From assembly GCA_004764695.1 (NCBI GenBank), contig SMSO01000014.1, forward strand, positions 6,252,029-6,316,028: 64,000 bases of DNA, read 5' to 3'. Position numbers and translations under genes: made by a program. Of this stretch, positions 44,787 through 54,731 are shown in pieces (the first letter of the stretch is position 1; each line of letters starts with the position of its first letter). Source of the stretch: Schizochytrium sp. TIO01 (taxonomy: Eukaryota; Protista; Bigyra: Labyrinthulomycetes). The notes below the pieces were generated by a model, which saw only the letters and a program-made list of their open reading frames with translations, ran no database searches and was not told where the DNA came from.

Positions 44787-45930
44787 TATAGCACTACTGC
44801 TACCGCCGACATCCTGTAATTGGTCTCAAACAGCTTGCTAGTAGATAGCTCGCCAGAATTCACGTCGACAAGGAAAATCTCTTTTGGAACCACCCGATGT
44901 TCACCATTGGAACCTGAATCATTATGATGATGATGATGATCACATCTCATTGCAAATCCCACGCACGTTCATGGGGTTCCAACAATTGGAAAAAGATAAT
45001 CACCGCCGCAATCAGTCAGTGTCCAGAGTAAAACAGTGAGGGAGATCTCTTCAGACGGGAAACGATCGATTTCACCATGAGCCGGCTCCAATATTCATAG
45101 CCCTTCCGCGACACTCATTTGATTAAATTTGCGTAGCTCGTCGAGCCTCTCTCTTTTTCCAGGCCCTCAGCGACGCAGCTCTTTGCAAGCCACCAAGCGA
45201 GCGAGTGAGCGAGCGAGTCTGCCTCCTCCCATTCCTCCGATTCCCTCTTCTATATCTGACTGACCAACTACCTAGTTTGCTTTCCACACTCCACAACGAG
45301 CCAAGGACCTGCGTGCTTTCGGCTATGGCATGTTCTTCTCCCTGCTTGATTGTCAACCCTGCAACCATGAGCTTCGAGTCTAAGCGTTTATCCATCAATT
45401 CAACGGCCTTACTTGCCAGCTTGCACGCGCGTGCGTGTGCACGTGCGCAACACCTTCGTCGTCAACGAATCGCTCAGAACAAAGACGAAGATTCAGAACC
45501 CTCGCAAGTGCCAACTTGAAGTTGACGCGGAGATCTGCGAGAACCGCCGACTCTGGGGCCTCCTGCAACAGGAGGTCCAGTTGCTGGGGCATTTCGAGCG
45601 AGCAGAAGTTGGAGGGTGGGTAGGTCGGTAAGTTGTGTCGCTTTGAGGTTTGAGGAGTTGCTGGATCCTTTCTTTTCCATTTTCAGAAGAAGAGTTCTAG
45701 TGGGTTTTTCTTGCTGTCTTAGTGTATAGTAGTATTTAGTAGATTTGCTACGGTGGTCGTCATTCCCTTTGGCTTTGGCAATCATTCTTCGTTCGACCTG
45801 GGCTCTCCAAGGCCTCCGCAAGGGAAGACCTGGAATTGGCGCATACGGCCGTCGCTCTTGTCGATGCTGTGGCAGCGAGTGGGGAGCAATTCGACAGCTG
45901 GTCTCAGGAGCAGACGGGAAAGAACGAGGA
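44787..45930 (-). pseudogene. Possible decayed gene relic; LTDLP..LLL start is weakly F-box-like
   Basis: Protein-like segments in successive minus frames (QLTDLPTLQLLL; MPQQLDLLLQEAP...; MDKRLDSKLMVAGL...; HHHHHNDSG..IFLVDVNSGELST) are separated by frameshifts and stops. Confidence 0.25.
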
Positions 45931-46004
45931 TGAACCTCGTGGACTCGGAAGGAGAACCTCAGATTGGAAAAACAGTGAAAACACACAATGAAAGAAATAA
46001 ACAG

Positions 46005-46130
46005 CAAAACAAAACAAAACAAAACAAAATAAAAGAAAAGAAAACAAAACGAAACAAAACAAAACAAATCAAAACAAAACAAAACGAAACAAAACAAATC
46101 AAAACAAAACAAACCAAAACAAAGAAACCA
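46005..46130. repeat. Imperfect (AAAAC)n microsatellite
   Basis: Read directly from the sequence. Confidence 0.9.
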
Positions 46131-47180
46131 ACAAGTTTCAAGAAGCGAATCAAAACGGTGCTCGCCTTCGGGAAACAGCCACGTTGAGATTCCTGCCCAA
46201 CCTGCGTTGCATGATACGGTCGGTGTCCACACACAGTTCTGCCGACCTTGGTCTCGAAGAGGGTATCGCCTGATCGTCACGAGTTCCAGTCTGCACACAC
46301 GTCCTTTGGCAACGCCTCATTGCCAAAGCTGTCCACAATTGGGGCGTCGACGGCACGAAAACAAGGAGAAATAGCACGAGAGACCCAGAGAGGGAGTGCA
46401 AGACAACACGCACTCCACTGCCAGCAGCAAAGATACGAACAGCCGAGGACGAGCGAGCGAGCGGAGCAATGCCAGGGATCGCCACCCTACCTGGTAGCCT
46501 GCTAGCTGCTATTCACAAAGACTCGCAAGAACTTAGAATCTGCAGAAACGAAAGCAAATTGTGCATACAACAGAAGTTCTAAAGTTAATTGATTAAAAAA
46601 GAAAATATGGTAAATAAAAAGGCAATAAAGGAAAGAGAGCTTTGATCTGTTTATATAGGCTATAATTATGTACTTTTTTAATGTTAACTTTATTTTTACT
46701 TTTATATTTATTAGTTTTCATTTACTTCAATTCGAGTTATGTATATCATGTTGGCTTGATTTAAAAAAAGAAAAGAAAAGAAAAGACAAAGATAAAAGTA
46801 GATAGAGCAGTAAGAGGTGCTAATGGAAAGGAGAGTCTATTTCATATAAAATATAAAATGCACAGTTTAAAGTGCCTGTGCAGTACTTACTGCTTACTTG
46901 AGGAAAGAGAGAGAAATGAAAATGATCAAAGAAAAAAGTAAGAAAACTTGGAAAGTTGTTACGAATGAAACCGAGACGAGATTGGGTTCGAGGAAACCAA
47001 TGCAATCCGCCAACTCGGTTCGGGTCTGGCGCCGGCATAAGGGACCCCCCCCCTCCTACTGGACGCCTCGCGGAGGTCGGCCACGCACGGGTCCGCTGGA
47101 GAGAACGCAGCTACTAAATCGGATTCTTTGAAGAGTCCATTCGTTTGGAGCTGTGCACGTGCCCTGGGGCATACTTTGAC

Positions 47181-50100
47181 ATGACGACGCATGAGGGCAA
47201 AACTAAGACGAGGAGGCCTCGCAGTGAGACGCGGAAGAGAAGGTTACAGAGGAAAGTTGGAGACGACGGTAATCTAAACGCATGGCGGAGTGAGAATGAC
47301 CAGAAAGATTACCGACTTGTGAAACTAGCTAATGGACTCTCCTGTATACTCGTCTCTGCAGAAAACGCGGACCCAAAACGTAAGAGTGAGAACTCCTCGA
47401 GAGTGATTGAAACAGGCTCATCTGACATAAATAGACTTAGTTTTCAGTCCAGCGGAGGTATTTCTAATGCTCAAAAACGAATCAGCTCGTCTAGCAAACG
47501 TTTGTCAACAAGCTCACAACACAGCCATAGATCCAGTGCGTCATGCGGATCTCAAGCAAGTCATCATACAAGTGCAGACACTAATGGACCTGATAAGCGC
47601 CTCTCGCAAAGAAACCCGCGACGGACGTCGGCCCTGGTTAGAAATCCTGAGGGCCCTTTGGACTGTTGCTCGTCAATGGCTAATGAGCCTGCTCAAGATG
47701 ATCACTCTCAGACGGGCATTCGCAAAAAGCTTCCTGTGCTACCAGAAGACCCGTGCACAGTATCACCACCAGGGTTCGAAGTTCACGGCAACCCTGATGC
47801 CGACCTTCAATCAAACCACATTGCATCTGTATGCATGGCCGTTGGTGTTGGGTCATTTTCGGAACCAGATTGCTGTGAGGGTCTTGCACATTTTGTCGAG
47901 CATATGCTCTTCATGGGTAGTGAAAAGTATCCTCGTGAGAACGAGTTTGATTCATTTTTGAGTCAGAATGGAGGATCCAACAATGCCTACACGGACACTG
48001 AGAGGACGGTGTATTACTTCTCATGTTTTCAAAAGGACCTCTATAAAGCCACAGATATATTTGCCCAGTTCTTCATCAGCCCTTTGATGCTTGAAGAAGC
48101 TGCAGAACGTGAAGTGAACAGTATTGAGTCAGAATTTTCAATTCGTATGAATGTTGATGACTGTCGGCATTTGGAGATCTGGCGCTATACATCGCGACCT
48201 GGGACGCCCTTTTCGAGATTCACTTGTGGAAATGAAGAAAGTCTTGTTAATGTACCTCGTCAGAACGGAGTTAATGTTCACGAGGAATTGCGGAAATTCC
48301 ACGATCGCTATTATGTTGCGCCCAACATGCGCTTGGTAATTGTTGGCTACTCAAGCCTAGATGAACTCCAAGACATGGCTGAGGAGCTATTTGCAGCCGT
48401 TCGTGAGGGCAGCGATGACCCAGATGTTGTCATTTCGCCAACAATTAAAGGGGTGGGCGCCCCCTGGCGTATGGGATTTGACAACCATGAAACTGCCAAA
48501 AGGCTGGCTCAAGAGGGTATATCTGACCTGATCGTGGGGCCTGACCTTGTCAGTGACCAGGATTTAACGAGTTACCTGGAGAGCGAATCATATGAAGCCG
48601 GGGTGAAATCTAAATACACTCCCGAAGGTTTACAAAAGGCAGCACCCCCTGAATTTGCTGGTGTCGATGGTGTTTCTCTCGGGTGTGTTTTTGGATTTGA
48701 TCCAGTTACAGACGAGCACATCATGGCTCTTACATGGCAAATCCCTCCGCAATTCGAGAAGAATCGGTCACATGCCTCACGATATGTAGCAAACCTGCTT
48801 GGCCACGAGTCGGATGGATCCATTCTAGCATTTCTCAAAGTACGCGGATGGGCAACTCGCCTAGATTCGAGCTGCTCGTCCGACCTGGGTGGTTTTGAAG
48901 ACACTACTTCATGTTCGCTTCTTCTAATTCAAATTCATCTCACTGTAGAAGGAATGATCAATTGGATCTATGTGATTAGTCTTGTATTTGAATACATTGG
49001 AATTTTGCAGAGGGACGGCCCACAAAAATGGTTATATGAGGAAGACATGGCAATTAGTGCAATGCACTACCGATTTAAGGAGGATGAAGACTATGGTGAC
49101 CTTGCAGAAGCGCTTGCAGTACGAATGTTACCTCAAGCAGACATTGACGACGATCGACTTCTCGATGGCCCGACTCGTTTAGAATGGAATCCAGAGGAGA
49201 TAGGGGAAATTCTGAACTACTGTCGCCCAGAGCTTCTTCGCATTGATCTTCGCAGTAGCATCTGGTCAAACTCATCAGCCCCAAGCTTACCACCAGCCTT
49301 GGCTCGTCGTGCAAAGCCATTGTCCAATTTTGACACTCAAAATGTAACAGTTCGCGTTGAGCCGTACACATCCACCACATTTTGGGCGCAACGGATACCG
49401 CAAGAGGTGTTGGATTTGTGGAACAGCTTACTTGATGGCTCCAAAGTTGTACGTCATGTGTTCGACAGCTTAGACTCGACACAAGACCCTAGCCCTCTTA
49501 ACCTTTTCCAGCCCTCTGATCAAGTTAGTACTCAGGACGACTCTACCCCGGACGAAACTTACATAACAACATTCATCGATCAGCTATCTCGGGGCGTTAT
49601 AGAACCTAGAGATGACTATACTTTGAGTGCTCTGTGGATACCACATCCCAATCCTTATGTTCCTTCAGACTTTACACTGTTAAGTCAGAATGAGAAACTT
49701 CTTGACTTAGCCAAATCTGGAGATTTTCAAGGATGCCGTGTTTCCACAACTAGAGTTGCTTATATTCGGCATAAAATCCCCTTGGAGTTTAAGGATGAAT
49801 ATTCGTGGATGGAAAAACTGCTGTATAGCTCTACAAGAGAAAAATCCTCCTTGAACGACGAGGTGACCTTACGAGGCAAAGTAGAGCGAACCATAGAAAT
49901 CAAGGAAGGTAGCGTCATATTTCATGATGTTGAGCTTTGCCGTATTTTAGTCGATTATGGCTCTGGCTTGTATCAATGGCATCAAATTCTTGATCCAGAT
50001 GCTTCGCCAAAAAGAAAGATTATATCTATTGATGGCCCAGGCTTTAGTTTACAGGTTCTACAAGATCCCAAGCAGCTTGAACGCCCTTCGCTACTTCGAA

Positions 50101-52058
50101 AATCAAAAGCAAGCATGTCTCGGGGAGCGTCGTCTAGTGGACGAGCTTCACTCTCAGTTTCCAGTTCTGGGGATCTGAAGCCAACCAAACCACGCCGCGC
50201 TCTCAGTCTGTTGCGTAAGAAAAACAAGCTGCTTCGTGACCTCTCCAAAGGTGCAACAATAGAGGACGGAATTCCGCCTTCGGTACTAACCTCAATTTGG
50301 TCTAATTTCCCCAAGGTTCGTAGCGATCCATTCGAATTTTCAATGCCCGCATTAGTTCAGGCGCCTTTGCTTGAGACTGGTGAAATTATGCCTGGATTGC
50401 GACTTTGGTACATGACGGATCGTGTAAATTTAGTTCCGCGTACGGAAATAAATTTACGCTTTGTCAATCACTTGCCGAGTATTCGAGCACAATTTACTGT
50501 TCTCGTTGAACTATTAGGCCGGCTATGGTACGAGTCAGTGCGGAATGATGCATTCTATGCCTACATTGCGGGGATTGAACTCAGCATTGATTCTGATGAA
50601 GAAGGGCTATATTTGAATCTCTCAGGTATCTCTGCTCATATAGTTGCATTTCTGGATCGTGTTTTTGGGGTGCTAGCTAGAATTGCTTCATCTTGCAAAG
50701 GCTATCAGGACAGCCATGTTCAAAAAGACAATCATGATGATGAGTTGGAATATCTTGCTAGTCAAGAAGAATTTAAAGGCGGTAGCACGATATCGGAGAA
50801 AGGTGAACCAGATGAGAAGCTCGATCCTCTGTACTCTGTTGTGCCACGAAAGGTTTTCGCAGCTCAATTGATTGGTCTTTACCAAGACTACGGCAATGAA
50901 GCCTCACACTTCATGAATGAAGGACCTGTCTCTGCAGCGCTTTACAAAATTCTAGTGCATGGCTCATGGCAGCCTGAAGTCTGCTCAATGTTAGTGAGAG
51001 ATGTCAGACCCTGGACCTTGTCTGAGTTCGCAGCTGTCATCATGCACCGTTCTGAAGTGGAGGTGTGCTTGTCCGGGAATGTAGACGCAGATATGGCACT
51101 TGAAGCGCATCAAATTCTCAGTCGTTACCTCAATGAGTTTCGACATGAGGGTCTACCTCCAACGAGTATGCCTGAGGTTAACGTCTTGGAAGTGCCATAT
51201 GCTCGTATCAACCCGCACCGTGACGACCCATGGAGATCCGTGACAGGTCTAGTTCACCCACTCGAAGCACTGGAGTTCCAGGGACACTCCGTAGACTTGT
51301 ATTTCCAGCTAGGACCTGATGATCTAGAAACCAGGTTACTAGCTGAAATGATTGAGTATTTGATTAAGGAGCCTATTTATGCGGAGTTGCGTTCGAAGAA
51401 ACAACTTGGTTATGTAGTACAAGCATCTACAGTGACCGTTCAGGGAATTGTTGGCTTCGTTGTAGACGTGACATCTAAAAACTTCCCTCCACATGAAATT
51501 GCAGCCTTGGTTGACGATTTTCTTGCAGAGTTTTATGAAGGTCTCAAGGTCATGAACATTGAAGAGTTTCATGAAAACGTGTGCGCCCTTGCACGTACTA
51601 AACTCGATGAAGGCCGCGGAGTTCGAACCCAGGGCTCACGCTTATGGGAGGCGATTACTCTTGAACCATATCGTTCACCCCCGCAGTATGAATGGAAATC
51701 AAGCTCAGAAGAAATTGAGGTCTTGCGATCATTTATCACTCGTAAAAGAGTGTTATCCGCTTATGCACAGTGGCTTCTCCCATCTTCCACGCAACGTCGG
51801 CGAGTGTCTGTACTTGTCTTTGGTGCTGGTTATGAAGGTAGTTGTATGCAGGAATTGATGTCAAGAGCCAAATATGTTTCGATCGTTGACTCTGAGTTTA
51901 TCTACAAGTCGACCCCTAATTGCATGTTTAAACTTCGTGACGCCTGTGTGCCCACTTTAAGGGCTCAAGAGCGAACGTACCACCGCAGACATCGTGATGC
52001 AGTCTGCGATGACGAAGGCAGCCAAGATGATCACCAGAAAGGTTGCTCGCTCATGTGA
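47181..52058 (+). CDS. Insulysin/nardilysin-like M16A zinc metallopeptidase with large insertions and a C-terminal CaaX motif
   Basis: SENDQKDYRLVKLANGL, GLAHFVEHMLFMGSEKYP (HxxEH), GGSNNAYT, FAQFFISPL, EREVNSIESEF, LLGHESDGSILAFLK..GWA and ELRSKKQLGYVV. First ATG is at 47181 (the track's 47145 start is TTG). Confidence 0.92.
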   Translation: MTTHEGKTKTRRPRSETRKRRLQRKVGDDGNLNAWRSENDQKDYRLVKLANGLSCILVSAENADPKRKSENSSRVIETGSSDINRLSFQSSGGISNAQKRISSSSKRLSTSSQHSHRSSASCGSQASHHTSADTNGPDKRLSQRNPRRTSALVRNPEGPLDCCSSMANEPAQDDHSQTGIRKKLPVLPEDPCTVSPPGFEVHGNPDADLQSNHIASVCMAVGVGSFSEPDCCEGLAHFVEHMLFMGSEKYPRENEFDSFLSQNGGSNNAYTDTERTVYYFSCFQKDLYKATDIFAQFFISPLMLEEAAEREVNSIESEFSIRMNVDDCRHLEIWRYTSRPGTPFSRFTCGNEESLVNVPRQNGVNVHEELRKFHDRYYVAPNMRLVIVGYSSLDELQDMAEELFAAVREGSDDPDVVISPTIKGVGAPWRMGFDNHETAKRLAQEGISDLIVGPDLVSDQDLTSYLESESYEAGVKSKYTPEGLQKAAPPEFAGVDGVSLGCVFGFDPVTDEHIMALTWQIPPQFEKNRSHASRYVANLLGHESDGSILAFLKVRGWATRLDSSCSSDLGGFEDTTSCSLLLIQIHLTVEGMINWIYVISLVFEYIGILQRDGPQKWLYEEDMAISAMHYRFKEDEDYGDLAEALAVRMLPQADIDDDRLLDGPTRLEWNPEEIGEILNYCRPELLRIDLRSSIWSNSSAPSLPPALARRAKPLSNFDTQNVTVRVEPYTSTTFWAQRIPQEVLDLWNSLLDGSKVVRHVFDSLDSTQDPSPLNLFQPSDQVSTQDDSTPDETYITTFIDQLSRGVIEPRDDYTLSALWIPHPNPYVPSDFTLLSQNEKLLDLAKSGDFQGCRVSTTRVAYIRHKIPLEFKDEYSWMEKLLYSSTREKSSLNDEVTLRGKVERTIEIKEGSVIFHDVELCRILVDYGSGLYQWHQILDPDASPKRKIISIDGPGFSLQVLQDPKQLERPSLLRKSKASMSRGASSSGRASLSVSSSGDLKPTKPRRALSLLRKKNKLLRDLSKGATIEDGIPPSVLTSIWSNFPKVRSDPFEFSMPALVQAPLLETGEIMPGLRLWYMTDRVNLVPRTEINLRFVNHLPSIRAQFTVLVELLGRLWYESVRNDAFYAYIAGIELSIDSDEEGLYLNLSGISAHIVAFLDRVFGVLARIASSCKGYQDSHVQKDNHDDELEYLASQEEFKGGSTISEKGEPDEKLDPLYSVVPRKVFAAQLIGLYQDYGNEASHFMNEGPVSAALYKILVHGSWQPEVCSMLVRDVRPWTLSEFAAVIMHRSEVEVCLSGNVDADMALEAHQILSRYLNEFRHEGLPPTSMPEVNVLEVPYARINPHRDDPWRSVTGLVHPLEALEFQGHSVDLYFQLGPDDLETRLLAEMIEYLIKEPIYAELRSKKQLGYVVQASTVTVQGIVGFVVDVTSKNFPPHEIAALVDDFLAEFYEGLKVMNIEEFHENVCALARTKLDEGRGVRTQGSRLWEAITLEPYRSPPQYEWKSSSEEIEVLRSFITRKRVLSAYAQWLLPSSTQRRRVSVLVFGAGYEGSCMQELMSRAKYVSIVDSEFIYKSTPNCMFKLRDACVPTLRAQERTYHRRHRDAVCDDEGSQDDHQKGCSLM

Positions 52059-52297
52059 AGCTTGAACTAATGTGGTAAAGCTTCTCAATGCATGCTTTTC
52101 CTTACATCGTTCCTTACTTGGAGAAAAAGCAGGAAGCATTGTGGTCAACCTAGTTTGCTGACCATTGCCAAGCTTTGTGATCATGCGATATAGTTTATCG
52201 CGTAAATTGAACATATCTTATTGAAAATATATGAACACAGAAGGGATATTTTAATTTTTTATATGTGCGCGATCCTCTTTCGATATTAAATAATCAG

Positions 52298-53056
52298 TCA
52301 TTTTGCATTATTCTGGTTTTCAAGAGTCTCGAAAGCAGCAATATCATTATTCGAAAGCGTGGATTCTGCATCCAAGTTTCTCACTTGACTGTGAACCGAA
52401 TCCCTTGCATTGGTATCTGCACTGCTTTGGGATTCATTTCCAGAGTCTTTAACATCGCTTTCATCATCTCCAGTGTCATCCTCGCTGTCTTCATTGTCTG
52501 AGTTTGATTTTAGGAAATTCTCCAACTGCTCATGGTCCTTCTCTGCGAGCTGTACTTCCACGTTCTCTAAATGTGTTGTTCTTGACATCGTCTCGTTGTT
52601 TCTACTCGAGCTTCTCGCTGTTGATTGTCTGCTATGTTGAGCAGTATTTACAGCTCCAAACGCAGCAAGTTCACGTGCTCTACTCTTATTCTCAATAAAA
52701 GCGTCCAAGAAAGCCTCCACTTCAAGCGACTGCTCCCGCACCCTCTTGACCTGCTCCAAGACTCTTGCCACTTGCTCGTGGATGTCAAATATGTTCTCTA
52801 GCTCCTGTTCAAGGCATTTCTCAGCTGCGAACGTTCTCTCTAGATTCTTAGCAGCAAGGTCGGCAACTCTCGCGGCGGCAAATTCGGTAGCGACGACTGC
52901 TTGCTCGCGTTGCTCCATGAGCTCTACGCGCGCCAGGGCGCGAGTTTGTAGGGCTGCAGATGCTGCTTCTGCGCCGCTATAGCTTGTTTCGGTATCTCGT
53001 GGAGCATCACGCTTCAGCGCACGACGTAGGCCCTCGATAGCGGGGCCCACGAGCAT
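52298..53056 (-). CDS. Coiled-coil protein, dysbindin (BLOC-1 subunit)-like
   Basis: Heptad region LEQELENIFDIHEQV...LEVEAFL and the acidic tail LENVEV..DHEQLENFL resemble the dysbindin coiled coil and its DQEALDVFL motif (comparison from memory). Confidence 0.55.
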   Translation of the reverse strand: MLVGPAIEGLRRALKRDAPRDTETSYSGAEAASAALQTRALARVELMEQREQAVVATEFAAARVADLAAKNLERTFAAEKCLEQELENIFDIHEQVARVLEQVKRVREQSLEVEAFLDAFIENKSRARELAAFGAVNTAQHSRQSTARSSSRNNETMSRTTHLENVEVQLAEKDHEQLENFLKSNSDNEDSEDDTGDDESDVKDSGNESQSSADTNARDSVHSQVRNLDAESTLSNNDIAAFETLENQNNAK

Positions 53057-53876
53057 CGTCTCGACGCAAGTTGAAGTTTGATTTGCTTTTCAAGTCTCGA
53101 TTTTCTATCTTTTAGGAAAAGGAAATTGAAGAGCTTGTCAGTTTTGACCCAGAGATATATTTTGCAGGCTTTTGAGGGCACAGGAGGACACAGGTATGCA
53201 CGTCAAGATTCAGACGAGGGGATCAAGTATAGCTCCTTTGTAGGCAGAGAAGTCCGGTCTCAAGGTACGCGGATTTGGTACGCAGATTTTATCATTAATT
53301 CTTTAAGGATAGATTTGGTCATCTTAGATTTAAGCAATGTCACTTGGATGATTTCAAGGGTAGAAACAAAAAACCTACGGTCATAAATTAGTGCACCTAC
53401 GTGTTGATGTACAAATGCAGAAAGTCCGGTAGACGATTGTAATATGCAAACAATTTGTATATGTAAATGGCTAACAAAGCAGTGAAAACGATGAAATGAT
53501 GTCTAATTATGTAAGTGTCAAGTTAAAAACCCCATATCCTCAGGCTAGGAAGCTCATGCGCGTAAATTGCCTTGATAATGCTGCATGTCAGACAGGAGAG
53601 GGATTTGTAATACGAAGGATAAGAACAGGCGGGCTCACGGTAGAATGCGAGCAATGACGTAACTCACACGCAAACAATAGCTCAGAAACAGGCGAGTAAT
53701 TATTGTTGTGTGTTGTATGTTCAAAAGCGTTTTTGAGGAGTGGCTAAGGAACCTAATACTGGTAGGTTGCGCCATTGATTTCTCTTGGCAGAACCACACG
53801 AGCAGTAATGTGAGCTCCGCGGGAGACTTTGGTATAGTGAGAGCGGCGTTGGAGAGGCCGAACTATTTTCTATACC

Positions 53877-54731
53877 TTAAGAGATTATACAGCAGCTTGC
53901 AAGCGAATCAGCCGCGGAGGAGTGTCCAGAACCATCCGTCTTTGACGAGGATGAGGATCCGGCAGTAGAGGCACCCTCTCCATCTGAGTATTCAATTAAA
54001 ACTTTGGTGTGAGCAATCTTCCTGCCCATAAGGTCTTGCAAAGCTCTGTTGTTGTCTCCATGAATAACCTTACGGAACATCGCGAGCTGTGAAGCAGAGG
54101 CCTCGAAAACCTGATCACAGACACACCATGTGACATCCTCAGAATAGGGTGCAGTGGTCAGTGAGCCAGGGTACACAAAAATACTTTCTGTGCCAGGTGC
54201 GAAAAGCTCACCAATATCGATGTTGCGTGTCATCACGCGTTTGCCATGGTTCTTGGGAAGTCCATGGTTGAAAACAGACTTGAGAAAACTTGACTCAGTG
54301 AGTCCGATCTGAAATAACACCGCGAAAACCAGCTTGGTGGTATCCTCGGCCACATGTACCATATGGAGCTCCATATTGTAGCGGACATTGTTGAATGTAT
54401 GTTCACTCGGTGAATGAAAGTGCAATTCCACTAGGTTGTATTTTTTGCCTTGGTAGAACATGCGGTTTCCAGAATCCACACGGACAGAAACATTTTCGGT
54501 TGTCTCGTTGAAGAGCACATGGCCTTTTACGATAGCAATCTCCATCCGAAACTCTGCAGGGATATCCTCATGCTGTTCTGCATTCTTGGCGCTTATATTA
54601 ATTGGTGACTGCCGCTCTCCACGAGCTTTCCTTGATACGGAGCCGGATCCCTCAGACGAATCAAGCGACACAACAGAGAGAGCATCCATCCTGACTGGGT
54701 TCGATCTAACTGATGCAATCCGAGGCATCAT
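53877..54731 (-). CDS. Alpha carbonic anhydrase with C-terminal CCIIS (CaaX)
   Basis: RQSPINI, ELHFHSPSEH, MELHMVH (three Zn-binding His), YPGSLTTAPYSEDVTW and NNRALQ. Confidence 0.93.
   Translation of the reverse strand: MMPRIASVRSNPVRMDALSVVSLDSSEGSGSVSRKARGERQSPINISAKNAEQHEDIPAEFRMEIAIVKGHVLFNETTENVSVRVDSGNRMFYQGKKYNLVELHFHSPSEHTFNNVRYNMELHMVHVAEDTTKLVFAVLFQIGLTESSFLKSVFNHGLPKNHGKRVMTRNIDIGELFAPGTESIFVYPGSLTTAPYSEDVTWCVCDQVFEASASQLAMFRKVIHGDNNRALQDLMGRKIAHTKVLIEYSDGEGASTAGSSSSSKTDGSGHSSAADSLASCCIIS

Noticed and set aside
45474-46298. 274-aa minus ORF and the 144-aa plus ORF with FCFVL/KTKQN repeats
   Set aside because: They run through the (AAAAC)n microsatellite; at most the part below ~45930 is a gene relic.
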